A model generated the notes under the pieces. It searched no databases and had not been told where the DNA came from. It saw only the letters and a program-made list of their open reading frames with translations. A stretch of DNA of 24,378 nt, from IMG/VR virus record IMGVR_UViG_3300040856_002880, positions 1 to 24,378 of that record. The stretch is one strand, 5' to 3'. Source of the stretch: a virus. Its lineage: Duplodnaviria; Caudoviricetes. Shown piece after piece: positions 1 to 8,534 of the stretch; position 1 is the stretch's first letter, and every line of letters starts with the position of its first letter. The position numbers were made by a program, and so were the translations under genes.

Positions 1-2
1 GT

Positions 3-587
3 TACGTAGCGAGGGTCAGCAACCCCTCTAACCAGGAGAACCCGAACGTTGCGGGTCTTCTTAAGTATTGTGTGAAACACCAGCACTGGAGCGTCTTTGA
101 GCAGGCATTCATGACGCTTGAGATCGAAACCACCAGGGGCATTGCAGCACAGATTCTGAGGCATCGTTCTTTCACCTATCAAGAGTTCTCCCAACGATAT
201 GCTGATAGTTCTCTTCTAGGAGATAGTATTCCTCTCTTTGACTTGCGTCGTCAGGATACAAAGAATCGTCAAAACTCTATTGATGATATTGATGATTCGG
301 TAAAGCAAGAGTTTGAGAGTAAGATTCGTAAGCACTTTGATGACTCTATGGTTCTCTATCAGTCAATGCTTGATATGGGAATCGCAAAAGAGTGTGCAAG
401 GTTTGTATTGCCTCTGGCAACTCCAACACGAATCTATATGAGTGGCTCGTGCCGTTCTTGGATTCATTATATCTCTCTGCGTTCTGGTCACGGAACTCAG
501 AAAGAGCATATGGATATTGCTGATGCTTGCAAGAAGATCTTTATGGAACAGTTTCCAACTGTTTCAGAAGCACTTGAATGGGTCTAA
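3..587 (+). CDS. thyX: FAD-dependent thymidylate synthase ThyX (5' end outside window)
   Basis: ThyX motif RHRSFTYQEFSQRY, plus HWSVFE and KECARFVLP. The frame is open from nt 3 (YVARVSNPSNQEN...), so the true start lies upstream of the window rather than at 72. Confidence 0.96.
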   Translation, partial: YVARVSNPSNQENPNVAGLLKYCVKHQHWSVFEQAFMTLEIETTRGIAAQILRHRSFTYQEFSQRYADSSLLGDSIPLFDLRRQDTKNRQNSIDDIDDSVKQEFESKIRKHFDDSMVLYQSMLDMGIAKECARFVLPLATPTRIYMSGSCRSWIHYISLRSGHGTQKEHMDIADACKKIFMEQFPTVSEALEWV

Positions 588-590
588 ATA
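584..590 (+). promoter_or_regulatory. Putative T4-type late promoter (CTAAATA)
   Basis: CTAAATA overlaps the thyX stop, about 23 nt upstream of the ATG at 614; one mismatch to (T)ATAAATA. Confidence 0.5.
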
Positions 591-613
591 TATCATTATG
601 TTATTTAACTTTT

Positions 614-853
614 ATGCCGACGTATAGATTTGAAAATACTGAGACGGGTGAGATCTTTGAGAAATGGATGCTCATGGCAGAAAAAGATCCATATCTCAAA
701 GAAAACCCTCACCTGAAACCACTGATTCCAACACAGATGAATGTTGGAGAAGTTGGAGATTGGCAAAATAAACTAATCTCCAAAAACCCTGGATGGAATG
801 ATGTACTTAAAAAAGCATCTAAAGCTCCAGGTTCTAAAGTAAAACCTCTCTAA
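614..853 (+). CDS. Small conserved phage protein, FmdB-like N-terminus lacking Cys
   Basis: MPTYRFENTETGEIFEK start at ATG 614; GWNDVLKKASKAPGS C-terminus; lies between thyX and phoH as in T4-like cyanophages. Confidence 0.8.
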   Translation: MPTYRFENTETGEIFEKWMLMAEKDPYLKENPHLKPLIPTQMNVGEVGDWQNKLISKNPGWNDVLKKASKAPGSKVKPL

Positions 854-859
854 TAAGAT

Positions 860-1612
860 ATGCCAAGAAGAAGAAAGGACGATCAACCAATTGGTGTTGG
901 TATGACTGCAAAGCAGATGAAAAGAAAAAAACCAATCGGTTCAGATTTGTTTAGGGAAATTGAACCTCTAACTGAAAACCAAGGTGTTTTATTTGATTCA
1001 TTTTCTGAGGGAAAAAATATAGTTGCATATGGTGCAGCTGGAACAGGAAAGACATTTATTACTCTTTATAATGCACTTAAAGAAGTTTTAGATTTGAGAA
1101 CACCATATGAAAAAATTTATATTGTTCGTTCTTTAGTTGCAACTAGAGAGATTGGATTTCTTCCTGGAGACCATGAAGATAAATCTTCTCTTTACCAAAT
1201 TCCATATAAGAATATGGTAAAGTATATGTTTGAAATGCCATCAGATGCTGATTTTGATATGCTGTATGGTAATCTTAAAACTCAAGGAACTATTAGTTTC
1301 TGGAGTACTTCTTTTATTCGTGGCACTACTTTAGATAATTGCATTATTATTGTTGATGAGTTTCAGAATCTAAATTTCCATGAGTTAGATTCTATTATCA
1401 CTCGTGTTGGTGAAAACTCCAAGATTATGTTCTGTGGTGATGCAACTCAGTCTGATTTAATTAAGACAAATGAAAAGAATGGTATTATTGATTTTATGAA
1501 AATCTTGAGGAACATGCCATCATGCGATGTAATCGAATTTGGTGTTGAAGATATTGTTCGCTCTGGATTGTGTAAAGAATATCTAATTGCAAAAATGGAA
1601 CTTGGTCTATGA
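860..1612 (+). CDS. phoH: PhoH-family ATPase
   Basis: Walker A GAAGTGKT, IGFLPG, FIRGTTLD, IIIVDEFQN, CGDATQSD and DIVRSGL motifs. Confidence 0.96.
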   Translation: MPRRRKDDQPIGVGMTAKQMKRKKPIGSDLFREIEPLTENQGVLFDSFSEGKNIVAYGAAGTGKTFITLYNALKEVLDLRTPYEKIYIVRSLVATREIGFLPGDHEDKSSLYQIPYKNMVKYMFEMPSDADFDMLYGNLKTQGTISFWSTSFIRGTTLDNCIIIVDEFQNLNFHELDSIITRVGENSKIMFCGDATQSDLIKTNEKNGIIDFMKILRNMPSCDVIEFGVEDIVRSGLCKEYLIAKMELGL

Positions 1613-2289
1613 CATTTATTCATCATAATTACTTGGGTGATCTTGAACTAAACAAAAAAGAAACTTCTGGCATCCGTCTCTATAATCTTCCAAATGGAGA
1701 CTGGGTGCCTTCTATTACTTCTGTAACTAGTTTTTACAATAAGCAAGTTTTTGTTGAGTGGAGAAAGAGAGTTGGTGTAGAAGAAGCTGATAGAATCACA
1801 AGACAAGCAACAGCAAGAGGAACTGACTTTCACCAAATATGTCAGGACTATCTTGAAAATAAAGAACTGAATATGGATGACTATCAGTTACCAACTCAGT
1901 TTATGTTTCACCATGCCAAACCATATCTGAATAAGATAAATAATATTCATGCCATTGAAAGAACTTTATATTCGGAGTATCTTGGTCTAGCAGGCCGAGT
2001 AGACTGTATTGCAGAATATGAAGGAGAGTTGGCAGTTATTGACTTTAAGACATCCACTAAAATTAAACCAGAAAAGTGGATCGAAAACTATTTTGTTCAA
2101 GAGATGTTTTATGCATCTGCTTATTACGAATTGACTGGAATTCCCATCAAAAAACTTATCACTTTGATGGTAACTCCTGGTGGTGAAGTAAAAGTATTTG
2201 ACAAAAGAAACAAAAACGACTATATTAAATTATTAGTTCGTTATATTAAAAAATTTGTACATCACAATACTGGGACGCATGGAGAATGA
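1609..2289 (+). CDS. PD-(D/E)XK exonuclease
   Basis: PSITSV, ARGTDFH, LAGRVDCIAE...VIDFKTS, Q...Y motifs; ATGA overlap with phoH. Confidence 0.88.
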   Translation: MTFIHHNYLGDLELNKKETSGIRLYNLPNGDWVPSITSVTSFYNKQVFVEWRKRVGVEEADRITRQATARGTDFHQICQDYLENKELNMDDYQLPTQFMFHHAKPYLNKINNIHAIERTLYSEYLGLAGRVDCIAEYEGELAVIDFKTSTKIKPEKWIENYFVQEMFYASAYYELTGIPIKKLITLMVTPGGEVKVFDKRNKNDYIKLLVRYIKKFVHHNTGTHGE

Positions 2290-2536
2290 ATTAGAAAAGG
2301 TACTGGAAAATAAATTCTTTTGTCCTTCTCGTTTCGCTCAAGAGATAGAATCTGTGGTTCAAAAAAATAAAGAAATGAACTATATTGATGCAATCATATA
2401 TTTTTGCGAGAAGAACAATATTGAAGTAGAATCTGTACCAAAATTAATCTCAAAGCCTCTAAAGGAGAAATTAAAATATGAGGCAATGGAGTTGAACTTC
2501 CTAAAGAAAAGTTCTAGAGCAAAACTTCCTTTGTAA
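2279..2536 (+). CDS. gp33: Late promoter transcription co-activator gp33
   Basis: YIDAIIYFCEKNNIEVESVPKLISKPLKEKLKYEAMELNFL; T4 order 33-59-32; likely start ATG 2279. Confidence 0.9.
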   Translation: MENELEKVLENKFFCPSRFAQEIESVVQKNKEMNYIDAIIYFCEKNNIEVESVPKLISKPLKEKLKYEAMELNFLKKSSRAKLPL

Positions 2537-2542
2537 TATTAA

Positions 2543-3148
2543 ATGAAAGTGACACCAATCGAGGCCTATAAGACTTATATTTCAGTTAAAAATCATTTCA
2601 CAAAACCAAACTATGATTATATCAAATACAATGGTAAAGTAAAGGCAGGTGAAAAGAGTTTTTATTCCCGTAAAGATAGGTTTTGGTTTGAAAGATTGTC
2701 AAGGCAAAAGAAAGATAATGAAATACTAGATTTTTTTGTTTCTAATTTTGCATCAGCCACTGATCCTCAGACACTTTGGATTGGAGAAATTATTAAAAGT
2801 GGAACAGATATTTACAGTGATTGGATGAAAAGAATTCAATCACTGTCTTATAATTTTAAGCAAGAAGTAGAGTTCTTGTTTTCCTCAGAAAAATTTGAAG
2901 ATATTTTCAAAATCAAAGGGTCTTCACATCCTTTGATTTTGAAGTATTATATGAAAGGAAATATTTCATTAGAAACTCTTGTTATATTTGATATGATTTT
3001 TTCTTTTAGTAAAAATTTTGACAAGAAATTAAATGATCCTGTTTGGGATATTGTAAGTATGAAAATTAAAAAGTACTCTCCATTTATACATATAGATGTA
3101 TCTCGCTATAAGAGAGTTTTAAAAGAAGTTATTTTGGAGAATAAATGA
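2543..3148 (+). CDS. gp59: Helicase loader gp59
   Basis: AYKTYISVKNHF...YDYIKYNGK...FYSRKDRFWFERL and ISLETLVIFD; synteny. Confidence 0.9.
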   Translation: MKVTPIEAYKTYISVKNHFTKPNYDYIKYNGKVKAGEKSFYSRKDRFWFERLSRQKKDNEILDFFVSNFASATDPQTLWIGEIIKSGTDIYSDWMKRIQSLSYNFKQEVEFLFSSEKFEDIFKIKGSSHPLILKYYMKGNISLETLVIFDMIFSFSKNFDKKLNDPVWDIVSMKIKKYSPFIHIDVSRYKRVLKEVILENK

Positions 3149-3489
3149 GTTTTTTTGAATCAGATGTCGTCCGAGCTGAGATGACAGAAATATCTGAATT
3201 ACAGGAAGAGATTTACAGTAATGTATTTAAATTTCCTACTATGAGTAGGGAAGATAAATTGGAACACATTAATATCTTAGAAAGACTTCTCGATAAACAA
3301 AAAGTTCTTTACACAAGACTTTCTCTTTCAGATGATCCAGAAGCAAAAGAGATGAAGAAAAGAATTTCTGAATCTGCAGTTGTTATGGGCCTTCCAGAAA
3401 ATGTTGATATGAATGTTTTTTTCCGAGACATGAGTGAGATGGTTAAAAAAATGAAGGAACAGATTGACAAAACTGGGTCAGACCTGTAG
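3145..3489 (+). CDS. Conserved cyanophage/cyanobacterial protein (DUF1825-like)
   Basis: MSFFESDVVRAEM...RLSLSDDPEAKEM pattern; position between gp59 and gp32. Confidence 0.75.
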   Translation: MSFFESDVVRAEMTEISELQEEIYSNVFKFPTMSREDKLEHINILERLLDKQKVLYTRLSLSDDPEAKEMKKRISESAVVMGLPENVDMNVFFRDMSEMVKKMKEQIDKTGSDL

Positions 3490-3492
3490 AAT
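3464..3492 (+). promoter_or_regulatory. Sigma70-type promoter for gp32
   Basis: TTGACA (3464-3469), 17-nt spacer, TAGAAT (3487-3492); SD GAGGT at 3528-3532 before ATG 3539. Confidence 0.85.
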
Positions 3493-3538
3493 AGTCAGGT
3501 ACACAAAAGCCAAATACGTACAAATCCGAGGTAATCTA

Positions 3539-4474
3539 ATGTCTTTTGCAAATCTTAAAAAGCAATCTTCTCTTGGTTCTTTGACTGCCAAACTGGTCAA
3601 AGAAGTTGAGAAAACAACTTCCAGCAGCGGTACTGATGAGCGTTTCTGGAAACCTGAAATGGACAAGACTGGAAATGGTTTTGCCGTTATTCGTTTCCTT
3701 CCTGCACCTGATGGAGAAGATCTTCCTTGGGCAAAGGTATATTCTCATGCTTTCCAAGGTCCTGGTGGTTGGTATATTGAGAACTCTCTGACTACTCTTG
3801 GTCAGAAAGATCCTGTTTCTGAGCACAACCGTGAGCTTTGGAACAGTGGTAACGATAAAGATAAAGAAATTGTTCGCAAGCAGAAGCGTAAACTGTCTTT
3901 CTATTCCAACATTTATGTTGTAAAGGATCCTGCAAATCCCCAAAACGAAGGTAAAGTTTTCCTGTTTAAGTATGGTAAGAAGATCTTTGATAAGATCATG
4001 GAAGCAATGCAACCTGAGTTTGAAGACGAAACTCCAATCAATCCTTTCGACTTCTGGCAAGGTGCAAACTTCAAGATCAAAATCGTCAAGAAGGATGGTT
4101 ATTGGAACTATGACAAGTCAGAGTTCGACCGAATTGCACCACTCCTGGATGATGACGATGCTCTGGAAGCCCTCTGGAAGAAGCAGTATTCTTTGACTGC
4201 TGTTACTGCTCCTGACCAGTTCAAGTCTTATGAAGATCTTGAAAAGCGTCTGAAGTATGTTCTGGGTCAAAAACCTGCTGCCCGTCCACAACTGGATGAA
4301 GAGGTTGATGATGAGGACAATGATCGTGGTTCTTATACTCCGAACTTTAGTTCTCGTCGTGAAGAGAGTGAACTTCCTGAAACTCTCAGCAAGCAACTCA
4401 ATAGTCTCTCATCTAAATCGGATGAAGATGAAGATGATGCTATTGCATACTTCCAGAAACTTGTTGATGATTGA
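3539..4474 (+). CDS. gp32: Single-stranded DNA-binding protein gp32
   Basis: DERFWK...GNGFAVIRFLPA, YIENSLTTLG, KRKLSFYSNIYVVKDPANPQNEGKVFLFKYGKKIFDKI, acidic tail; start at 3539 supported by SD and promoter. Confidence 0.97.
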   Translation: MSFANLKKQSSLGSLTAKLVKEVEKTTSSSGTDERFWKPEMDKTGNGFAVIRFLPAPDGEDLPWAKVYSHAFQGPGGWYIENSLTTLGQKDPVSEHNRELWNSGNDKDKEIVRKQKRKLSFYSNIYVVKDPANPQNEGKVFLFKYGKKIFDKIMEAMQPEFEDETPINPFDFWQGANFKIKIVKKDGYWNYDKSEFDRIAPLLDDDDALEALWKKQYSLTAVTAPDQFKSYEDLEKRLKYVLGQKPAARPQLDEEVDDEDNDRGSYTPNFSSRREESELPETLSKQLNSLSSKSDEDEDDAIAYFQKLVDD

Positions 4475-5494
4475 TTAATCGTATAGTCTAATATTATCAG
4501 CTCTCTTAAGGGTTCTTGACAGGTACTGTGAAGAACCCTTTTTATATGTCATAATTTCTTCAAGATCATTAAACACTATGTTTAGATATCTTGGTTTGAG
4601 TACAAATATATTTCTTTTTTTATTTTCTAATTCCATTTCATAGTCAAGATTTGTGACTGGTTCTAAAAATTGAACAGAGTCAACATACACCAATCTTTGT
4701 TCACTTGCATCATAGTATTCATAGTAATAATGGTTTTGAATTCCTCCAGTTGATTTTGATATGAATTCAACTCTTTCAGATCCAGTAATGTTTTGAGCTA
4801 CAACAATTGAATTATTTTCTATTGATGAGTCTGGAGTCACATCTACAAAAGTTATATTGGCAAATGCTTCATCAAGATAAATTTTATTTACGATATATTT
4901 TCCATTCAATATTTCATCATCACCTCCATATCCAGTTACTTCTATTTCATCACCAACTGCAAGGTTGCTTGTAAGTCCACCTTCACCAATATGAATTTTA
5001 AAAATACCATTCGCATAACTTGAACTTGCAATTTTTCTTGTTTCACTTCCAATAAATCCATTTCCTGTTTTTAATGTTGGTGGTAAAATGACATCAGCAG
5101 GAATAATCGTAACACCTAAACTATCTTTTACTTCTTTAGTTTTATAATACTTAACTGCATTTAAGTTTTCAAAAGAACCATACTTTTCAAGAAGAATATT
5201 GTCGAAAGTATTTTGCTCTAGAGGCCATTCTGTTTGTATGTTTAAGATATTATTAGAAATCAAAACTACCCAATCAAGATTCTCATCACCATAAAACTTG
5301 AATGCTACATTATCAGGTCTTTCATCACCAATAATAGAATACTTTGTGAAGAAAGAAAGGTTACCAAAAATATCTTCTCTCAGTTTTCCTCTACGAAAAA
5401 GATTTTTTACTGGAGCATATTCTGATATTTGTCTTTGATCTACATCTCTACTAACGTATTCAAAGTTTGGTACTTGTCTGAAGTATGATGACAT
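4475..5494 (-). CDS. gp53: Baseplate wedge subunit gp53 with central insertion
   Basis: YFRQVPNFEY, ERPDNVAFKFYGDENLDWVVLISNNI...EWP (LysM-like) and YEMELENKKRNIFVLKPRY. Confidence 0.88.
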   Translation of the reverse strand: MSSYFRQVPNFEYVSRDVDQRQISEYAPVKNLFRRGKLREDIFGNLSFFTKYSIIGDERPDNVAFKFYGDENLDWVVLISNNILNIQTEWPLEQNTFDNILLEKYGSFENLNAVKYYKTKEVKDSLGVTIIPADVILPPTLKTGNGFIGSETRKIASSSYANGIFKIHIGEGGLTSNLAVGDEIEVTGYGGDDEILNGKYIVNKIYLDEAFANITFVDVTPDSSIENNSIVVAQNITGSERVEFISKSTGGIQNHYYYEYYDASEQRLVYVDSVQFLEPVTNLDYEMELENKKRNIFVLKPRYLNIVFNDLEEIMTYKKGSSQYLSRTLKRADNIRLYD

Positions 5495-5495
5495 T

Positions 5496-6929
5496 TTAGT
5501 AACCTATTCCTGATGTGCTAAAGTTTGTATCATAATCTGCTTGAGTAACAGGCTCTAACTCTTGGAAAGAGAGTGACATATTATAAGAAACCATAGTGTT
5601 AGTCTCATCAGAATATGTTGCATAAGAACCATCAGGAGTATAGTCAACACTCATATTTTTCAATGCACAAGTTTTTATTAAATTCAATGAAGGATGTGCA
5701 GCATTTCCATTTGAACCTCTTATATATTTAATCTGAAATACTGGTGGGGCAGTTAAGAATAAGTTACTAACTGCTGTTCCTGGAGAAGAGAATTGTTTAA
5801 ATGCTCTGATGATTTGCTTTACTGTTTCTGCCTCATTACGATCTCTTGGAGAAAGTTTAAAATTAAAATCAAATGGTCTGAGAGTTGGTCCTTGGAATAA
5901 TAACTCAAGATTTGGATTCAATACTGCACCACCAAATCTTGACAGTAAACCAGTAGTACTAGTTGCTTTTCCTGCAAGATATAATGTTAAAGCTTCTTTT
6001 GCTCTTGCATCTCCCGCCGCAGTGCCAACTTTTGTTTTTAAACTATCAATATAATTTTTTACATCGTTAGTTTGAATTGCTTTTGATCCTGCCACTTTTT
6101 CATAATCTACAGCATTTAATTCTCCCTGATTCCAATTCACACTGTTATTGTCAGTAATTCCAGATTGAATTGGCAAATAAACAGTTCCAAATTCTTCTTT
6201 TAGATTTCTGGGCCCGGGGTTAAAAGTTGTAGATCCAGAAGTATCAACACTTCTTGGACTAAATCTAACAAACTTAAACTGGATTTTGTCTTGACCTATA
6301 ACATCTTCAGATGCTTCTGGATATACTAAGACTTTTTTACCAAAGACAGATTCAAAAGTTTTTTGTTCATCTGAAGCAATTCCACCCGCAAGTGCAGCAA
6401 TAGCTTGACTATTTTCTGCACTAGTTGGGGCATCAGTTTGTTGTGGGTTATTTTGTGCTGGACCTCCACCGCCACCAGCACCACCAGGAGCAACATTTCC
6501 TTGTGAACTATATCCGGGTGTTTGTTTAATTTTATCTAGATTTCTTTGAACTACCGGATCGGTTGCATTTAATTCAAGATTTCTTATAAAACCACTTTTT
6601 ATTGATTTATTTAACGTATTTTGTTGTTGCTGTCCATCTGCACCACCATAATATTGTTCATATAAACTTTTATTTTCTGCATATGGTGTTGACTTACCAG
6701 TAGCTGGATTAAAATTATATAAAGGCGTTCTACCTAGACTCACACCAAAAGCATTTTTGTTAGTTGTAAAAACATCATATGCGCCAGTATCTGGATTAGC
6801 TACTACAACTACATCACGATTAAATGTTGATGTAGTTGGTGCACCAATTCCATTTCCTTTCACTTTTTGTGTGAAAGTAGCCTCTAAATTGCCATTATTA
6901 TCTTTCCATCCAGGAAGTGTTGCTAACAT
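5496..6929 (-). CDS. gp48: Baseplate tail-tube cap gp48 with N-terminal extension
   Basis: VYLPIQSGITD, NPNLELLFQGPTLRPFDFNFKLSPRDRNEA, CALKNMSVDYTP, LSFQELEP. Confidence 0.88.
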   Translation of the reverse strand: MLATLPGWKDNNGNLEATFTQKVKGNGIGAPTTSTFNRDVVVVANPDTGAYDVFTTNKNAFGVSLGRTPLYNFNPATGKSTPYAENKSLYEQYYGGADGQQQQNTLNKSIKSGFIRNLELNATDPVVQRNLDKIKQTPGYSSQGNVAPGGAGGGGGPAQNNPQQTDAPTSAENSQAIAALAGGIASDEQKTFESVFGKKVLVYPEASEDVIGQDKIQFKFVRFSPRSVDTSGSTTFNPGPRNLKEEFGTVYLPIQSGITDNNSVNWNQGELNAVDYEKVAGSKAIQTNDVKNYIDSLKTKVGTAAGDARAKEALTLYLAGKATSTTGLLSRFGGAVLNPNLELLFQGPTLRPFDFNFKLSPRDRNEAETVKQIIRAFKQFSSPGTAVSNLFLTAPPVFQIKYIRGSNGNAAHPSLNLIKTCALKNMSVDYTPDGSYATYSDETNTMVSYNMSLSFQELEPVTQADYDTNFSTSGIGY

Positions 6930-6947
6930 TTTATGAGCACTTTTCTT

Positions 6948-6954
6948 TATTTAG
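6948..6954 (-). promoter_or_regulatory. Putative late promoter (CTAAATA) for gp48-gp53
   Basis: TATTTAG on the + strand, about 19 nt upstream of the gp48 start. Confidence 0.55.
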
Positions 6955-7335
6955 TTACGATTGCAAGAACCTTGCATAATTAACAGAGCGAAGATAATCA
7001 ATTTCATTATTTTCTATAATATGAAGTTTACCAGATACTTCTTGCCAGGTATAACTTCTAGATTCTCCCCAATGAAAATTAATTCCTTTAAAACCCCATC
7101 TCTGAACATCGGTACAAGCAATCAAAGGAAATTGGTCAAATCTAATGTCAGGAGTTTTGGGAAGGTAAATGAAAGTATAATATCTACCAACATCAGGTAT
7201 GAATTCAGTCTCTCTAAAGACATCCATAATTTCAAGCATAATAGATTCGGAGTCAGTTAAACCATCAATCTTTCTTTTTAACCGAGATACTCTACTAGAA
7301 GTTTTGAGAATATCTTCTCCAAATCCTTTTGCCAT
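6955..7335 (-). CDS. gp2-like DNA end protector, short form
   Basis: GRYYTFIYLPKT...FDQFPLI...GFKGINFHW resembles the gp2 core; adjacent to gp4. Confidence 0.6.
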   Translation of the reverse strand: MAKGFGEDILKTSSRVSRLKRKIDGLTDSESIMLEIMDVFRETEFIPDVGRYYTFIYLPKTPDIRFDQFPLIACTDVQRWGFKGINFHWGESRSYTWQEVSGKLHIIENNEIDYLRSVNYARFLQS

Positions 7336-7778
7336 TACTTGAGTCCGAGTTCGTTTTCTGTTATGATTTTAAATTCTATAAGTCTATCATCACAGAATTC
7401 TTTTGCAGCTTTCCATTTTGCTTGATTGACTGCATATGTTTTCATCTCATACAACCAACTTTTTGTCTTTCTTTTTGGTTCTTTTGGTTGTATAGTTTGC
7501 TTTTTTGGTTTTACTTCAATCACATAAGTTTTAATCTGACCAGTAGACTCTTTAACCTTAATGATAAAATCAGGAAAGTATCTGTGAACTCTATTGTCTA
7601 CTGGAGATTTATATGGAATCCAAAATTCTTCAGAACCCCACTCTAATATATTCTCATTCTGGTCACACCAATTACAGAATCTTCTTTCCCAGCTACTTCT
7701 ACAAATAATATTGTTTGGGTCTCCCTTATATTTTTGTGGATATGATGGTTTGAATCTACTTTTTATACTTTGTGCCAT
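7335..7778 (-). CDS. gp4: Head completion nuclease gp4 (TnsA-like fold)
   Basis: PQKYKGDPNNIICRSSWER, WGSEE..IPY.SPVD...HRYFPDF, IEVKP, YAVNQAKWKAA, ITENEL. Confidence 0.93.
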   Translation of the reverse strand: MAQSIKSRFKPSYPQKYKGDPNNIICRSSWERRFCNWCDQNENILEWGSEEFWIPYKSPVDNRVHRYFPDFIIKVKESTGQIKTYVIEVKPKKQTIQPKEPKRKTKSWLYEMKTYAVNQAKWKAAKEFCDDRLIEFKIITENELGLK

Positions 7779-7809
7779 TATCTTTGCTACATAATATATA
7801 AGGTAGAAA

Positions 7810-7817
7810 TATTTATA
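7810..7817 (-). promoter_or_regulatory. T4-type late promoter TATAAATA for gp4
   Basis: Exact TATAAATA on the minus strand (TATTTATA on +), about 32 nt upstream of the gp4 start. Confidence 0.75.
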
Positions 7818-7818
7818 G

Positions 7819-8466
7819 ATGGCAGTAACAAACGCAAGACCTTATAGGATGAGTGAGATTAAAAGTAAGTTATTGCAACCAGCATTAACTTCTCATTATG
7901 TTTGCCAATTTAATCCACCAAGAAATGACTCATTTAAAAACTTTTTTAATCAAAGAAAAAGTGCAGGATTTCTTGGTGCTGATTGGGAATCAAGGGAAAA
8001 CCAAGATTTGATTGAGTTATCTTGCTGTGAAGCATCATTGCCAGGTTCGAGTTTGGCAACAATTGATATTAATGGAGACTATACTGGAGTCTCTGAGAGA
8101 CATGCATACAGAAGACAATATGATCAGAATGCAGACTTTACTTTTTATGTAGATAAAAATCATTATATTGTTGATTACTTTGAGAACTGGTTGTCTTTCA
8201 TTGTTGGCGAAAACAATATAAAACGCCAAAGAAACCCCAATTACAGTTATAGAATAAATTTTCCACAGGACTATAAGAGTTCAAATCTTTCAATAACTAA
8301 ATTTGAAAGAGATTATTCTGGAAGAAATTTGACTTATCAATTTATTAATGCATTTCCAATAAGCATTAATTCAATGCCAGTCTCTTATGACTCCTCTCAA
8401 CTTTTAAAGTGCACCGTATCATTTAATTACAGTCGCTATGTTCTTGATAGAGGTATTATTGAATGA
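7819..8466 (+). CDS. Tail-tube-fold protein (gp54/gp19-like tube initiator)
   Basis: CCEASLPG, FTFYVD...FENW, YQFINAFPISINSMPVSY...CTVSFNY; synteny between gp4 and gp26. Confidence 0.7.
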   Translation: MAVTNARPYRMSEIKSKLLQPALTSHYVCQFNPPRNDSFKNFFNQRKSAGFLGADWESRENQDLIELSCCEASLPGSSLATIDINGDYTGVSERHAYRRQYDQNADFTFYVDKNHYIVDYFENWLSFIVGENNIKRQRNPNYSYRINFPQDYKSSNLSITKFERDYSGRNLTYQFINAFPISINSMPVSYDSSQLLKCTVSFNYSRYVLDRGIIE

Positions 8467-8534
8467 AATTATGATGTTGATAATGGAAGACTTAATTCTA
8501 CTGCCCAAAATCTAACCAATAATTCATTTGGAGG

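Noticed and set aside
578-613. ORF-track upstream starts (578; likewise 2255, 3464, 24146)
   Set aside because: They overlap upstream genes or promoters; downstream ATGs at 614, 2279, 3539 and 24164 fit family N-termini or SD placement better.
780-860. Pho box upstream of phoH
   Set aside because: No convincing 11-bp-spaced direct repeat seen; the gap before phoH is only 6 nt.
1609-2289. Cas4 / CRISPR-associated nuclease
   Set aside because: PD-(D/E)XK fold but no four-Cys Fe-S pattern, no cas genes and no repeat-spacer array in the window; it is the usual exonuclease beside phoH.
3536-4396. Antisense ORFs over gp32
   Set aside because: Explained by the biased codon usage of gp32; no recognisable protein features.
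7335-7778. TnsA transposase / mobile element
   Set aside because: The TnsA-like fold is expected for gp4; no terminal repeats or partner transposition genes.
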